From Candidatus Lustribacter sp. (GTDB taxonomy: Bacteria; Vulcanimicrobiota; Vulcanimicrobiia; Vulcanimicrobiales; Vulcanimicrobiaceae): a stretch of DNA of 64,000 nucleotides. Made by a program: the position numbers and the translations under genes. Shown piece after piece: positions 9,152-20,011 of this stretch (position 1 is its first letter; each line of letters opens with the position of its first letter). The DNA is taken from the NCBI GenBank assembly GCA_965277805.1, contig OZ255842.1:2880001-2944000 (forward strand), in the 5' to 3' direction. Under the pieces are notes generated by a model, which worked only from the letters and a program-made list of their open reading frames with translations, did no database searches and was not told the origin of the DNA.

Positions 9152-10570
9152 AACGTTAGAGGGCGTGAATGGATAGAGGCCGAGCACGAAGACTGCGGCC
9201 GCGCACACCGCGACCGTGATCCACGGCAGTCCGTTCGGCGAGCGTTCGTCGCGCACGTGCGCTTCGTCCACGCGCGTGAACATCGCGCGCACGATCTTGA
9301 AGTACACGTAGATCGAGATCGCGGTGCCGAGGATCAGCACGCCGCCGAGCCACGCGTAACCACCGCTGACGGTCGCGGCCAGGATCAGGATCTTTCCGGT
9401 GAACCCGGCCGTCGGCGGCAAGCCCGCGAGGCCGAGCAAGAAGAACGTCATCAGCGCCGCAAGCCACGGACGGCGATAGGCGAGCCCGGCGAAGCGCCCG
9501 ACGCCGACCACGGCATCCGCGTCACGCGACATCAGCGCGACGACGGCAAACGCGCCGAGGTTCATGAAGGTATACGCGGCGAGATAGAAGATCGCATAGC
9601 GCACGCCGATCGCGGTCTGGCCCGCGAACGCGGCCACGATGTACGCCACCTGCGCGATTCCGCTGTACGCCAAGAGCCGCTTCATGTCGGTTTGTGAGAG
9701 CGCGGCGAGGTTGCCGATCACCATCGAGAGCGCGGCGACCGTCCATACGGGAATGAGGATCGCGGTCGCGCTTTGCGGTCCGACGGCGGCGTAGGCAAAG
9801 CGCCCTAGCACGGCGAGCGCGCCGGCCTTCGTTACCACCGACATGAACGCGCTGACCGAGAGCGGCGCGCCTTCGAACACGTCGGGCGCCCACACGTGGA
9901 ACGGCACGAGGCTCAACTTGAACGCGATGCCGATCAGGAACAGCCCGGCGCCGAGGAACAGCAGCAAGCTGGGCTTCGCGGCCGCCAGCGCCGAGAGCGC
10001 CACCGAACCGCTCGCACCGAAGAGCAGCGCCATCCCGAAGAGCAAGAAGCCCGATGCCATCGACGAGAGGATCAGGTACTTGAGCGCAGATTCGCGCGCG
10101 GTCGCGCGCACCGAGATCGCGCACAGGCAATACAGGCCGAGCGAAAGCAGCTCGAGCCCGAGGAAGATCGTCATCAGGTTGCCGGCGCCGGTCATCAGCA
10201 TTGCGCCGCTGGCGCTCCATAGGATCAGCGCGGTCGAACCGGCGACTTGATCGTCACGCCCGACGCCGAGGCCGAGCGTGAGCGTGGCGAGCGTCGCGAT
10301 CACGATGATCATCGAGAACACCGTGCTGTAGCCGCCCTGCAAGAACGCGCCGCCGAACGCAAAGTACGAGCTCGGGTATTGCGTCCAAAGGACGGCGCCC
10401 GCAGCGATGAGACCGATCACCGCGACCGCGATCGCCAGCAGGCGGCGCGTCGCGTTCGGAACGATCAGATCGAAGAACAGCGCGACCAGCGCCGTGAGTG
10501 CCACGATCGACACCGGCAGCAACGCGCTGATGTCGGCGGCCGTCGCGAAATTAGCGGCTACGGGCAACAA
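9134..10570 (-). CDS. nuoN: NADH-quinone oxidoreductase subunit N
   Basis: FLGLELLSL, ESALKY, FKLSLVPFHVWAPDV, KRLLAYS, GLPPTAGF. Confidence 0.95.
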   Translation of the reverse strand: MLPVAANFATAADISALLPVSIVALTALVALFFDLIVPNATRRLLAIAVAVIGLIAAGAVLWTQYPSSYFAFGGAFLQGGYSTVFSMIIVIATLATLTLGLGVGRDDQVAGSTALILWSASGAMLMTGAGNLMTIFLGLELLSLGLYCLCAISVRATARESALKYLILSSMASGFLLFGMALLFGASGSVALSALAAAKPSLLLFLGAGLFLIGIAFKLSLVPFHVWAPDVFEGAPLSVSAFMSVVTKAGALAVLGRFAYAAVGPQSATAILIPVWTVAALSMVIGNLAALSQTDMKRLLAYSGIAQVAYIVAAFAGQTAIGVRYAIFYLAAYTFMNLGAFAVVALMSRDADAVVGVGRFAGLAYRRPWLAALMTFFLLGLAGLPPTAGFTGKILILAATVSGGYAWLGGVLILGTAISIYVYFKIVRAMFTRVDEAHVRDERSPNGLPWITVAVCAAAVFVLGLYPFTPSNVLPLVH

Positions 10571-12020
10571 CGTTCACTCCATTTTCCAGCGAGACGGCGG
10601 CCGCGTGGGTCGTATCGGTCGCAAACGCGGCGACCGCGTGCGGATTGATTCCGAGCAGCAGCAATCCGATCACCAACGGCACGAGCGCGAAGCCTTCGTT
10701 CCAAGTGAGGTCGCGGCGTTCGGGCAGATCGGCGCGCTTGGGGCCCTGCATGATCGTTTGGAAGAGCCGCAGCATGTAACCGGCCGCAATCACGATCGGG
10801 ATCAGCGCGATCATCGCGACCCACCAGAAACCGGCCGAGTACACGCCGGTCAGGATCAGCAGCTCGCCGGCGAAACCGGCCAGACCCGGCAAACCGAGCG
10901 CGGCCAGCGCGCTGATCAGCAGCGCGCCGCTCATGCGCGGGTTGTCGAGGCAGAGGCCGCCGAGGTGCGAGAGGCTACGCGTCTCCTCGCGCTCCTCGAT
11001 GAAGCCAAGCGTGAGGAAGCCGCTGGCACTGAACAGGCCGTGCGCGATGATGTACACCGCGGCACCGGCGAGGGCGATCGGATTGAAGCTGAAGATCGCG
11101 ATCAGGATCAAGCCCAGATGCGAGAGCGAGCTATACGCCATGACGCGCTTGGCATCGTCTTCGGTGAACGCGATGAACGCGCCGTAAAGCAGCGCGATCA
11201 GTCCGAGCGCGAACATCAGCGGCGCCGCGGCGTGCATCTGTTCGCTCAGGAACGGCAAGCCGATCGCGATGAAACCGTACAAGCCCGCCTTCGACTGAAT
11301 CGCGCTGACCGATGCGACGACCGGCGGCGGAAGCTCGGCGTAGGTATCCGGCATCCAGGTGTGCAGCGGCCAGACCGGCGTCTTGATCAAGAATGCGAAC
11401 GCGAATCCGGCAAAGATCCACGGGCCCCACACGTATCCGACGCTAACCGCCGCAGCGTGCGTGCCGATGACGTCGGTCGAACCGTTGACGACGCCGAACG
11501 CCGCCGTCGCGAGCAGCAGCGTCAAACCGCCGCAGACGTTGTAGATCAGGTAGCGCCAGGCGGCAGTACCGTGCGTGCGCGGTCCGCGCGCCGGCGTGCC
11601 CCAGCCGAGCATCATCAAGAACACCGGGATCAGCATCAGATCCCAGAACAGCGCGAACAGCAGCATGTCCTTGGCCAAAAACACGCCGGTCATCGAGCCT
11701 TGCAAGATCAGCATTTGCGCGGTGAACTCGCGCTCGCGCGGAATGCGCAGCGCGACGAGGCCGCTGAACGTGATCGCCGCCAAGAGCAGCACGATCCAAT
11801 ACGAGACCGGTCCGTAGCCGAGGTGGAACGCGGCGGTAAACGGCCGCGAGAGCCACGGCAGCGATGCATCCGGGGCGTCGGGCTTGATCGCGATCAGCAG
11901 AAACGTCAGGGCTGCAACGGCCGTGCCGATGCCACGCGCCAAACCGCCGGCACCCTTCGGCAATGCGTAGAGGATGAGCCCGATGATGATCGGGCCGAGC
12001 ACCAAAACGGTGACGCTCAC
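10551..12020 (-). CDS. nuoM: NADH-quinone oxidoreductase subunit M
   Basis: IKTPVWPLHTWMPD, KRVMAYSSLSH, GLPGLAGFAGE. GTG start overlaps the nuoL stop (GTGA). Confidence 0.95.
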   Translation of the reverse strand: MSVTVLVLGPIIIGLILYALPKGAGGLARGIGTAVAALTFLLIAIKPDAPDASLPWLSRPFTAAFHLGYGPVSYWIVLLLAAITFSGLVALRIPREREFTAQMLILQGSMTGVFLAKDMLLFALFWDLMLIPVFLMMLGWGTPARGPRTHGTAAWRYLIYNVCGGLTLLLATAAFGVVNGSTDVIGTHAAAVSVGYVWGPWIFAGFAFAFLIKTPVWPLHTWMPDTYAELPPPVVASVSAIQSKAGLYGFIAIGLPFLSEQMHAAAPLMFALGLIALLYGAFIAFTEDDAKRVMAYSSLSHLGLILIAIFSFNPIALAGAAVYIIAHGLFSASGFLTLGFIEEREETRSLSHLGGLCLDNPRMSGALLISALAALGLPGLAGFAGELLILTGVYSAGFWWVAMIALIPIVIAAGYMLRLFQTIMQGPKRADLPERRDLTWNEGFALVPLVIGLLLLGINPHAVAAFATDTTHAAAVSLENGVNVVARSR

Positions 12021-13969
12021 TTGCCCGCTCCGATCACGACGTAGTAGATCGCAAAGCACGCCGCCCCGAAGGCCAGCGCCAGCGCGTACGCGCGGACGAG
12101 CCCGGTTTGGAAGCTGCGAAAGAGATGGCCGAGCCACTGCGCGGAGATGCTCGCCTCGCGCACGCCGGCGTCGATGACGCGCGGATCGACCACGCTCGAG
12201 AAGAACTTGCCGAGCGCAATCGACGGCCGCACGAACAGCGCATCGATGGCGGCATCGAAGTAGAACGCATTGCTGAGCGCGGCCGGCATGTGTACCGTTT
12301 CTGCGCGCAGCCGCGGTACCGCGTCGAGCAGAGCGCTCGGATTACCGTAGCGCATGTACGCGACCGTGAAGCCGGCTACGACGAGCGCGAGCACGATCAG
12401 GCTCGTCACCATCTCGGGCAACGTGCCGGCGGGCGCTTCGAAATGTCCGAAGACCGGGGTGAAGAACTGACCCCAGGCGCTGTTATCTCCGCCGAAATCG
12501 AGCCAGCCGATCAGCACCGTCGGGATCATCAGGAGCGCGACCGGCCCGCTCATGAGCCAGGCCGGAGCGTGGTGCGCGTGGCCGTGGTCGTCTTCGCCGT
12601 GATGCGCGGTTGCGGTGCCGGCGAGTTCAGGATGACGCAAACCGAGTTCGCTCGGATCGACGTTGCCGCGGTACGCGCCGAAGAACGTGACGAAAAGCAT
12701 CCGGAACATGTAATAGGCCGTGATGCCCGCCGTAATCATGCCCACGGCCCACATGATCGGATGACCGTGAGCCAGCGTTTCGGTCAGCACGGCGTCCTTA
12801 CTGAAGAATCCGCTGAAGCCGGGAACGCCGCAAATCGAGAGCACGCCGAGCAACATCGCCACGAACGCGAAGGGCATTTGCTTGCGCAAGCCGCCCATCA
12901 AGCGCACGTCCTGCTCGTCGGCCAGGTTGTGGATCACGATGCCGGCGCCGAGGAAGAGCTGGGCCTTGAAGAACGCGTGCGTGAGGAAGTGCAGGATGCC
13001 CGCGTCGTAGGCGCCGACGCCCACGCCCATGATCATGTAGCCGATCTGCGACATCGTCGAGTAGGCCAGAATTCGCTTGATGTCCCACTGGGCGCAGCCA
13101 AGCACGGCACCGGTGATCGCGGTCAGCGCGCCGATCGAACCGACAAGCATGCGCGCATCGCTCGATGCGTTCCACAACGGCGCGCAGCGCGCGATCAAGT
13201 ACACGCCGGCCGTGACCATCGTGGCGGCGTGGATCAGCGCGGAGACGGGAGTCGGGCCTTCCATCGCGTCGGGCAGCCAGGTGTGCAGCGGGACTTGCGC
13301 CGACTTCGCCGCGCAGCCGATGAACAGTCCGAGGCAGACCGCGAATAGTTCGCCCGACGAGAATTTTGAGACGTGCGAGAACACGTCGCCATAGCCGATC
13401 GCACCGATCTTCGCCACGATCACGAACACCGCGTACAGGATGCCGATGTCGCCGACGACGTTGATGACGAACGCCTTGCGCGAGGCGGCGACCGCAGATG
13501 GGCGCTCGGTGTAGTAACCGATCAGCAAGTAGGACGCGAGGCCGACGAGGCCCCAGCCGACGAGCAACCCGACGAAGTTGTCGGAGAGCACCAGCGTGAG
13601 CATCGCGAAAATGAAGAAATTCAGGTAGGCGAAGAACCGCGCGAACGCCTTGTCGCCCGCGAGGTAGCCGATCGAGTAGACGTGGATCAGGAAACCGACG
13701 CCGGTTATGATCATCGTCCAGATCAGCGCAATGCGATCCCACTGCAGGCCGAACGTGAACTGCGGCAGCCACGAAAACAGCGCTTGATGCGCGCCCGTCC
13801 CGGTCGTCGCATCGTTCCACGACGCCAGCGCCGCGAAGAACGACACGCCCACGAGCGCAGAACCGATCGGCCCAGCCATGCTCTTGAGCTGCGGCCCGAA
13901 CGCCCACAAGATCACCGCCCCGAAGAGCGGCAGCAGCCAGACAAGAAACAGCAACGGATAATCTTGCAT
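12017..13969 (-). CDS. nuoL: NADH-quinone oxidoreductase subunit L
   Basis: KSAQVPLHTWLPDAMEGPTPVSALIHAATMVTAGVY, THAFFKA, GFFSKD. Confidence 0.97.
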   Translation of the reverse strand: MQDYPLLFLVWLLPLFGAVILWAFGPQLKSMAGPIGSALVGVSFFAALASWNDATTGTGAHQALFSWLPQFTFGLQWDRIALIWTMIITGVGFLIHVYSIGYLAGDKAFARFFAYLNFFIFAMLTLVLSDNFVGLLVGWGLVGLASYLLIGYYTERPSAVAASRKAFVINVVGDIGILYAVFVIVAKIGAIGYGDVFSHVSKFSSGELFAVCLGLFIGCAAKSAQVPLHTWLPDAMEGPTPVSALIHAATMVTAGVYLIARCAPLWNASSDARMLVGSIGALTAITGAVLGCAQWDIKRILAYSTMSQIGYMIMGVGVGAYDAGILHFLTHAFFKAQLFLGAGIVIHNLADEQDVRLMGGLRKQMPFAFVAMLLGVLSICGVPGFSGFFSKDAVLTETLAHGHPIMWAVGMITAGITAYYMFRMLFVTFFGAYRGNVDPSELGLRHPELAGTATAHHGEDDHGHAHHAPAWLMSGPVALLMIPTVLIGWLDFGGDNSAWGQFFTPVFGHFEAPAGTLPEMVTSLIVLALVVAGFTVAYMRYGNPSALLDAVPRLRAETVHMPAALSNAFYFDAAIDALFVRPSIALGKFFSSVVDPRVIDAGVREASISAQWLGHLFRSFQTGLVRAYALALAFGAACFAIYYVVIGAGK

Positions 13970-13971
13970 GG

Positions 13972-14277
13972 TCAGCCCTTGAGCGTCGCAACTTCGTCGA
14001 CGTCGACGAAGGTGGTCTTGCGGAAGACGATCACGACGATGGCGAGGCCGATAGCGGCCTCCGCAGCGGCGACGGTGATCACGAGGAAAGCGAAGATGTG
14101 CCCGTCGTTATTCGCCCACGAGCGCGCGAACGTGACCAGCGCGAGGTTTGCCGAATTGAACAAGAGCTCGATCGACATCAGCTGGATGAGCGGATTGCGG
14201 CGCACGATGACGCCGACGACCCCGATGAAGAACAGGATCGCCGAGACGGTGATGTAGGCTTCGACCGGTACGTTCAT
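13972..14277 (-). CDS. nuoK: NADH-quinone oxidoreductase subunit K
   Basis: RRNPL..MSIELLFNS, VAAAEAAIGLA. Confidence 0.97.
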   Translation of the reverse strand: MNVPVEAYITVSAILFFIGVVGVIVRRNPLIQLMSIELLFNSANLALVTFARSWANNDGHIFAFLVITVAAAEAAIGLAIVVIVFRKTTFVDVDEVATLKG

Positions 14278-14852
14278 CGTGCGATCGGCTCCCGCGGCGG
14301 GCTGATCGGCTCGCGCGTCCGTTTGGGTGGCCGGCGTGCCGTGGGCGTTTCATCGCCCGCCAGCAGCACGACGCCGATGATCGCGACCATCAACACGAAG
14401 GCCGTGACTTCGAACGGCAGCAGGTTGCGCGTGAAGAGCGCGGTGCCGAAGTCGGCCACCGAGCCGAAAACATTCGCCTCGCCGGTGGCGCCCACGATCG
14501 CGGCCGGCGCGAACACCGTGCCGGCGACCGCTGCGACGATCGCCCCGAAGCCGATCAGGCCCAAGATCACGGCCGGCACGAGCGCCCGCGGCATGCGGTT
14601 GGGGCCCGGTTCGAACGGCTTCGTGCCGCTCGAGAGCAGCGCGATGACGAAGACGAACAGGATCAGGATCGCGCCGCTGTAGACGACGATTTGCATCACG
14701 GCCAAGAATTCCGCGTGCAGCGTGAGGTACGTGATCGCCAGCGCGATGAAATTCAAGAGCAGGCCGACGACGCTGTACACCGGCTTCTTCGCGGTTATGG
14801 TGAAGATCGCACTGCCGATCATCACCAGCGAAAGTAGAACGAAGCCGATCAC
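14274..14852 (-). CDS. nuoJ: NADH-quinone oxidoreductase subunit J
   Basis: AEFLAVMQIVVYSGAILILFVF, LPFEVTA. GTG start overlaps the nuoI stop. Confidence 0.95.
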   Translation of the reverse strand: MIGFVLLSLVMIGSAIFTITAKKPVYSVVGLLLNFIALAITYLTLHAEFLAVMQIVVYSGAILILFVFVIALLSSGTKPFEPGPNRMPRALVPAVILGLIGFGAIVAAVAGTVFAPAAIVGATGEANVFGSVADFGTALFTRNLLPFEVTAFVLMVAIIGVVLLAGDETPTARRPPKRTREPISPPREPIAR

Positions 14853-15457
14853 CCGGCCAGCCCTCGACGCTGCTCCTTGAGGATCGTCCCGCGGTTGGTG
14901 GCTTCGTAGCCGGTGGCGATGTCGACCGTCGACTTCACGTGGCTGACCGTGCCGAGGTCCGAGGGAATGCCGTTGGGGCGCTCGTCGGGTGCAGAACCGA
15001 CGCCGGCTTCGGGCGGCACGAGCAGGCGGTCTTTGGCGTACACGAACGCGCCGCGGCGATAGTCGGCCATTTCGAAACGCGGCGTCAACACGATCGCGTC
15101 GGTCGGGCACGCTTCTTCGCACAGGCCGCAAAAGATGCAGCGCAGTTCGTCGATTTCGTAGCGCGCGGCGAAGCGTTCGCCGGGCGAATGACGGTCGGCC
15201 GGCGTGTTCTCCGCGCCGATCACGGTGATGGCGTTCGCCGGGCACGAGATCGCGCACAGCTCGCAGCCGATGCAGCGCTCTTTGCCGTCGGCGTAACGGC
15301 GCAGTTCGTGCAGTCCGTGGAAGCGCGGCGCGTGTTGCTTCTTGACCGAGGGGTACTCGATCGTCGGCTTCTTCACGAACATAAAGTGGAACGTGGTCAT
15401 GAAGCCCTTGACGAGCGCCATGACGTTGTAGAGGTTCTTCCGCTTGTCGACGCTCAT
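14849..15457 (-). CDS. nuoI: NADH-quinone oxidoreductase subunit I
   Basis: Two 4Fe-4S motifs CIGCELCAISCP and CIFCGLCEEACP. ATG start overlaps the nuoH stop. Confidence 0.97.
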   Translation of the reverse strand: MSVDKRKNLYNVMALVKGFMTTFHFMFVKKPTIEYPSVKKQHAPRFHGLHELRRYADGKERCIGCELCAISCPANAITVIGAENTPADRHSPGERFAARYEIDELRCIFCGLCEEACPTDAIVLTPRFEMADYRRGAFVYAKDRLLVPPEAGVGSAPDERPNGIPSDLGTVSHVKSTVDIATGYEATNRGTILKEQRRGLAG

Positions 15458-16458
15458 CCGCGCACCGCGATGATGACGGCCGTAACGACCAGGTTCAGTG
15501 TGGCCACCGGTAAGAGCACCTTCCACCCGAAGTCCATCAGGCGATCGTAGCGCAGGCGCGGTAACGTCGAGCGCAACCAGATATAGAAGAACAAGAACGC
15601 ACCGGCTTTGATCAGGAACCACACGAGGCCGATCCACGGATTGCCCGCGGGCCCGAAGAGCGGGTTCCAGCCGCCGAGGAACAGCAGCGTCGCAAGACAT
15701 GATACCGTGATCATGTTGAGATACTCGGCGATGAAAAACAGGCCGAAGCGCAATCCCGAGTACTCGGTGTGGAAGCCGCCGACGAGTTCGGTTTCCGCCT
15801 CCACCAGATCGAACGGCGCGCGGTTGGTTTCCGCTACGGCCGTGATGAGATAGATCAGGAAGCCGACGATCTGCGGCACGATGAACCACACGCGCGCCTG
15901 CGAGTTGACGATCGCGGCGAGCGAGGTCGAACCCGTGAGGATCAGCACGCCGATGACCGACATCGACATTGAGAGCTCGTAGGAGATCATCTGCGCCGTC
16001 GAGCGCACCGAACCGAGCAGCGGAAACTTCGAACCCGACGCCCAGCCGGCGAGCGAGATGCCGTAGACGCCGATCGAGGTCAGCGAAAAAATGAACAGGA
16101 TGCCGGCATTGACGTCGCCGACGCTGTACGCCCCGTTCGCGTCACCGGTGAACGGGATGATCGCAAACGTACCCATCGCGGTGATGAGCGAGATGAACGG
16201 CGCCAGCTTGTAGATCAGCGGATCGGCCGTATTGGGCGTTAAATCTTCCTTGAACATCATCTTGAGCGCGTCGGCGGCGGGCTGCATCATGCCCCACGGA
16301 CCGACCCGGTTCGGACCGGGACGAAGCTGCATCCAGGCCATGATCTTGCGCTCGGCCAGCATCGAGTAGGCGAACGTGGTGACCACGATCAGCAGCAAGA
16401 TCGCCGACTTGATCAGCACGATGACCCATAGCGGCACGGCCGCAATTGCGGCGTTCAC
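15454..16458 (-). CDS. nuoH: NADH-quinone oxidoreductase subunit H
   Basis: RPGPNRVGPWG, AQMISYE, ETNRAPFDLVEAETEL, PRLRYD. Confidence 0.97.
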   Translation of the reverse strand: MNAAIAAVPLWVIVLIKSAILLLIVVTTFAYSMLAERKIMAWMQLRPGPNRVGPWGMMQPAADALKMMFKEDLTPNTADPLIYKLAPFISLITAMGTFAIIPFTGDANGAYSVGDVNAGILFIFSLTSIGVYGISLAGWASGSKFPLLGSVRSTAQMISYELSMSMSVIGVLILTGSTSLAAIVNSQARVWFIVPQIVGFLIYLITAVAETNRAPFDLVEAETELVGGFHTEYSGLRFGLFFIAEYLNMITVSCLATLLFLGGWNPLFGPAGNPWIGLVWFLIKAGAFLFFYIWLRSTLPRLRYDRLMDFGWKVLLPVATLNLVVTAVIIAVRG

Positions 16459-18731
16459 GCTTGGGCCTCGAGCAGTGCGTTCGCGCTCCGCTTGCCGGCC
16501 ACGTGAACGTTGACCGCGCCGCGCAGCGCGTTGAGCGGCGCGCCGGGAACGCCTTCGACCAGCACCACTGCGCCCTCGGGCACGTGCTCGTCGAGCACGA
16601 CGGACAAGCCGTCGATGCGCCCGCGATCGGGTCCGGCGACGTCGATGAGGTCGCCGCGCCCGAGCTTCATTGCCGCCGCGGTGCGCGGATGGATCGATGC
16701 TTGCGGGCCGATGCGAAGGCCGGCGAGCGTCGTGTCGTGCGCCATCGTGCCGCCGCCGCTGAGGATGTTGGCGGCGGCGATCACGCGCAGCGTCTCGCTC
16801 TCGACGGCCGCGCGCGGCGGAACCTTCTCGGGTTCGGGCATATCGGGAATCGCCGGAGCTTGCGAGACGAGGACGCCGATGCGGCCCTCGATCTCATCGG
16901 CCGCGGGCAACTGCACGCCGAGCGCTTCGGCCAGCGCGACGAGCATGTCGCCGTCGGCCCACGCTTCGCCCGGCGCGGGTACGCCGGCGACAACCGGCAG
17001 CACGTCGCCGGCCAGGTTCGTCGTCGTGCCGGTTTTCTCAAACGCGCTGCACGCCGGCAATACCAGCGTCGCAAGTTCGGCCGTTTCCGTCATGAAGAGA
17101 TCGCTGACGACGACGAACGGCGTCTTCTTCAGTGCCTCGAGCGCGAGTTCGCGATCGGGCCAGTGCAGCACCGGGTTCACACCCATCAGCGCGAGCGTCG
17201 TCAACTTGCCGTCGCGGCCCGCTTCGAGCAGCGCTTGCGTGCCCAAACCGTCTTTGCGCGGAAACATTCCGACCGCTTCCGCACCGCGCGCGTTCGGCTG
17301 TTCGCCGAGCACGTAGGTGTGGAGTTTCGTGCCTTCGGGCAACTCCGTCGCCCACTTCTTCACCGCGCCGCTCTCGCTCGTGGGCACGCCGTCCCACACC
17401 ATCGCAATGCGCTTGGCATTCTTCGGTACGGCCTTGACCGCATCGGCAAACGTCGCGGCGCTCACGCTGCGCATGCCGCGCGGCGTGGCGTGGTCGCCGA
17501 CGGTGATCAGCGTCGCGCCCTTGCGGCGCACGGCTTTGCGGATCCGCAGGTCGAGCACCGGCGCGAGTTGCGCCGGCGAGCGTCCGAACGTGATGATGCA
17601 CTCGGCGTTCTCGAGATCGACGTGCGTTCCGCCGGTGGCGCCCGGGAAGGCCTGATGCTGTCCGCTGCTGCGCCAGTCGAGGTTCTCGACGCCCAGCGCG
17701 CGGTGGATGTGCTGCAGCAAGAACGCTTCTTCATTCAAGAGCCGGCCGCCGCCGACCGCACCGGCCGAGCCCGCACCGCTCTTCGCGATTCCCTCGCGCA
17801 GCGCGGTCTTCCAAAGCGTGATCGCATCGTCCCAGCTGATTTGGACCCACTCGCCGTTTTGGCGGTAGAGCGGCTGCGTGAGCCGGCGGTCGTCTTTCAC
17901 GTACCCGACGTTGTAGCGGCCGCGATCGCACAGCCAGCCGTCGGAGATCGCGTCGTCTTCCTCAACGCTCATCGTGCGCTGAACCATCGAGACGCGCGAA
18001 TCGACGTGCATCTGGCAGCCGACGCTGCACTGCATGCAGGTGGTCGTCGTGCGGTGGTTGTCCCACGGACGCGACTTGAAACGATAGGTCTTCGAGGTCA
18101 GCGCGCCGACCGGGCACAGCTCGGTGACGTTACCGCTGAAATCGGAGTGATACGGCTCGCCGGTGGCGGTCGCGATGATCGCGTGGGCGCCGCGGTCGTC
18201 CGTACGCAGCGACTGTTCGCCGGTAATGATCTCATCGAAGCGCACGCAGCGCAGACAGAGCACGCAGCGTTCCTCGTCGAGCACGATCGTCGGTCCGAGA
18301 TCGACGGCCTTGGGCTTCGACGATTTCGCATCGGCGAGGCGCGAGGCGCCCTGACCGTAGGCCATCGCGTAGTCTTGCAGATCGCACTCGCCGCCCTTGT
18401 CGCAGATCGGACAATCCAGCGGATGATTGATCAACAGCAACTCGAGGACCGCGCGGCGGCCTTCGTTCGACATCTTGCTCTGCGTGTGCACGACCATCTT
18501 GTCGGCGACCGGCGTGTTACACGCGATCTGCAGCTTCGGCGTGCCCTCGATCTCGACGAGACAAATGCGGCACAGACCCGCGGGGCCGAGCTTCGGGTGA
18601 TAACAGTACACCGGCACGTCGCGCTGGATCAGCTTCGCGGCTTCAACGACCAGCGTGCCCTTCGGCACCGTGATCTCGATGCCGTCGATCGTCAGCGTGA
18701 CCTGATCGGTCGCCGGTAAGGTAGCGCTCAT
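16455..18731 (-). CDS. nuoG: NADH-quinone oxidoreductase subunit G
   Basis: CYHPKL..CRICLVE..AC, HPLDCPICDKGGECDLQ, CVLCLRC..CPVGAL and N7-type CMQCSVGC..C. Start ATG 18731. Confidence 0.95.
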   Translation of the reverse strand: MSATLPATDQVTLTIDGIEITVPKGTLVVEAAKLIQRDVPVYCYHPKLGPAGLCRICLVEIEGTPKLQIACNTPVADKMVVHTQSKMSNEGRRAVLELLLINHPLDCPICDKGGECDLQDYAMAYGQGASRLADAKSSKPKAVDLGPTIVLDEERCVLCLRCVRFDEIITGEQSLRTDDRGAHAIIATATGEPYHSDFSGNVTELCPVGALTSKTYRFKSRPWDNHRTTTTCMQCSVGCQMHVDSRVSMVQRTMSVEEDDAISDGWLCDRGRYNVGYVKDDRRLTQPLYRQNGEWVQISWDDAITLWKTALREGIAKSGAGSAGAVGGGRLLNEEAFLLQHIHRALGVENLDWRSSGQHQAFPGATGGTHVDLENAECIITFGRSPAQLAPVLDLRIRKAVRRKGATLITVGDHATPRGMRSVSAATFADAVKAVPKNAKRIAMVWDGVPTSESGAVKKWATELPEGTKLHTYVLGEQPNARGAEAVGMFPRKDGLGTQALLEAGRDGKLTTLALMGVNPVLHWPDRELALEALKKTPFVVVSDLFMTETAELATLVLPACSAFEKTGTTTNLAGDVLPVVAGVPAPGEAWADGDMLVALAEALGVQLPAADEIEGRIGVLVSQAPAIPDMPEPEKVPPRAAVESETLRVIAAANILSGGGTMAHDTTLAGLRIGPQASIHPRTAAAMKLGRGDLIDVAGPDRGRIDGLSVVLDEHVPEGAVVLVEGVPGAPLNALRGAVNVHVAGKRSANALLEAQA

Positions 18732-20011
18732 GAAGCAACTCGCTCGGGGACGGGTTCGGCGCGCTTCACGTAACCGCGGAACTGGTCTTCGAACCGGTTG
18801 AGCACCGAGCCGAAGAACGGTTCGATCGAATCGCCGAGCGCGCACAGATTCAAACCGGTGATCTGATGACACGCCGATTTGAGGATGTCGATGTCGGAAT
18901 CAAGGCCGCGCCCGTCGAGGATGCGCTCGAGCGTTTTCTGGATCCAGCTGCCGCCCTCGCGGCATGGCGTACACTGACCGCACGATTCGTGCGCGTAAAA
19001 ACGGATCAACGCGTAAGAGGCCTTTACGAAATCGGTCGTATCGTCGAATACGACCATGGCACCCGAACCGAGCATCGAGCCGGCCTTCGAGATCGTGTCG
19101 AAGTCGTAGCTGAGATCGAGGTGCTCGGGAAAGAGACACGCCGAGGAACCGCCGCCGGGCTGCACGCCGACGAGCGTGCGGCCGTCGCGCAGTCCGCCCG
19201 CGCAGTCATAAATGAGCTGGCGGATCGTCGTTCCCAGCGGAACTTCGTAATTGCCCGGCTTCTTGACGTGACCGGAAACCGAGACGACCTTGAAGCCCGG
19301 CGAACGCTCCGGTCCGGCCTTGGCGAACCACTCGGCGCCGTTGCGCAAAATGTACGGCAGATACGCGAGCGTCTCGACGTTGTTGACGACCGTCGGCTCG
19401 CCGTAGAGGCCCTTGATCGCCGGAAAGGGCGGCTTGAGCCGCGGCTCACCGCGTTTGCCTTCGAGCGAGTTGAGCAGTCCGGTTTCTTCACCGCAAATGT
19501 AAGCGCCGGCCCCGCGATGGATCGTGAACTCGAGATCGTAGTCGCCGCCGCAGATGCCTTTGCCGATGTAGCCCGCCACGCGCGCTTGTTTCACCGCGTC
19601 GCGCATGATTTCGAAACCGTCTTGGAATTCGCCGCGGATGTAGATGAACGCGTGATGGCAGCCGATCGCATACGCGCCGATCAAGATCCCTTCGATGATC
19701 TGATGCGGCGTCTGTTCGAGCAGCATGTGATCTTTGAACGTCCCGGGTTCGGCCTCGTCGCAGTTGCAGACGAGATAGCGCGGGCGGCCGTTGTCCGGGA
19801 GGAACGACCATTTGCGGCCGGTCGGGAAACCCGCGCCGCCGCGGCCGCGCAAGTTCGATCCCATCGCGAGATCCATCACGGCTTTCTGGCCGAGTTCCTT
19901 GACCGCGCGTTCGAGCTGTGCGTAGCCGCCGGTCGATTTGTAGACCTCGATATCGCGCAGGTTGAGCTCGCCGATGCCTTTCGTCAGCACCTCGACGACC
20001 GGGCTAGCCAT
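18728..20011 (-). CDS. nuoF: NADH-quinone oxidoreductase subunit F
   Basis: LRGRGGAGFPTG, DEAEPGTFKD, GAGAYICGEETG, ESCGQCTPCREG. Confidence 0.97.
   Translation of the reverse strand: MASPVVEVLTKGIGELNLRDIEVYKSTGGYAQLERAVKELGQKAVMDLAMGSNLRGRGGAGFPTGRKWSFLPDNGRPRYLVCNCDEAEPGTFKDHMLLEQTPHQIIEGILIGAYAIGCHHAFIYIRGEFQDGFEIMRDAVKQARVAGYIGKGICGGDYDLEFTIHRGAGAYICGEETGLLNSLEGKRGEPRLKPPFPAIKGLYGEPTVVNNVETLAYLPYILRNGAEWFAKAGPERSPGFKVVSVSGHVKKPGNYEVPLGTTIRQLIYDCAGGLRDGRTLVGVQPGGGSSACLFPEHLDLSYDFDTISKAGSMLGSGAMVVFDDTTDFVKASYALIRFYAHESCGQCTPCREGGSWIQKTLERILDGRGLDSDIDILKSACHQITGLNLCALGDSIEPFFGSVLNRFEDQFRGYVKRAEPVPERVAS

Noticed and set aside
12620-12637. GTCATCCTGAAC in the nuoL loop (peptide RHPEL) resembling a repeat half-arm
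   Set aside because: Short match with two mismatches and no partner arm. It could be chance and needs an alignment.
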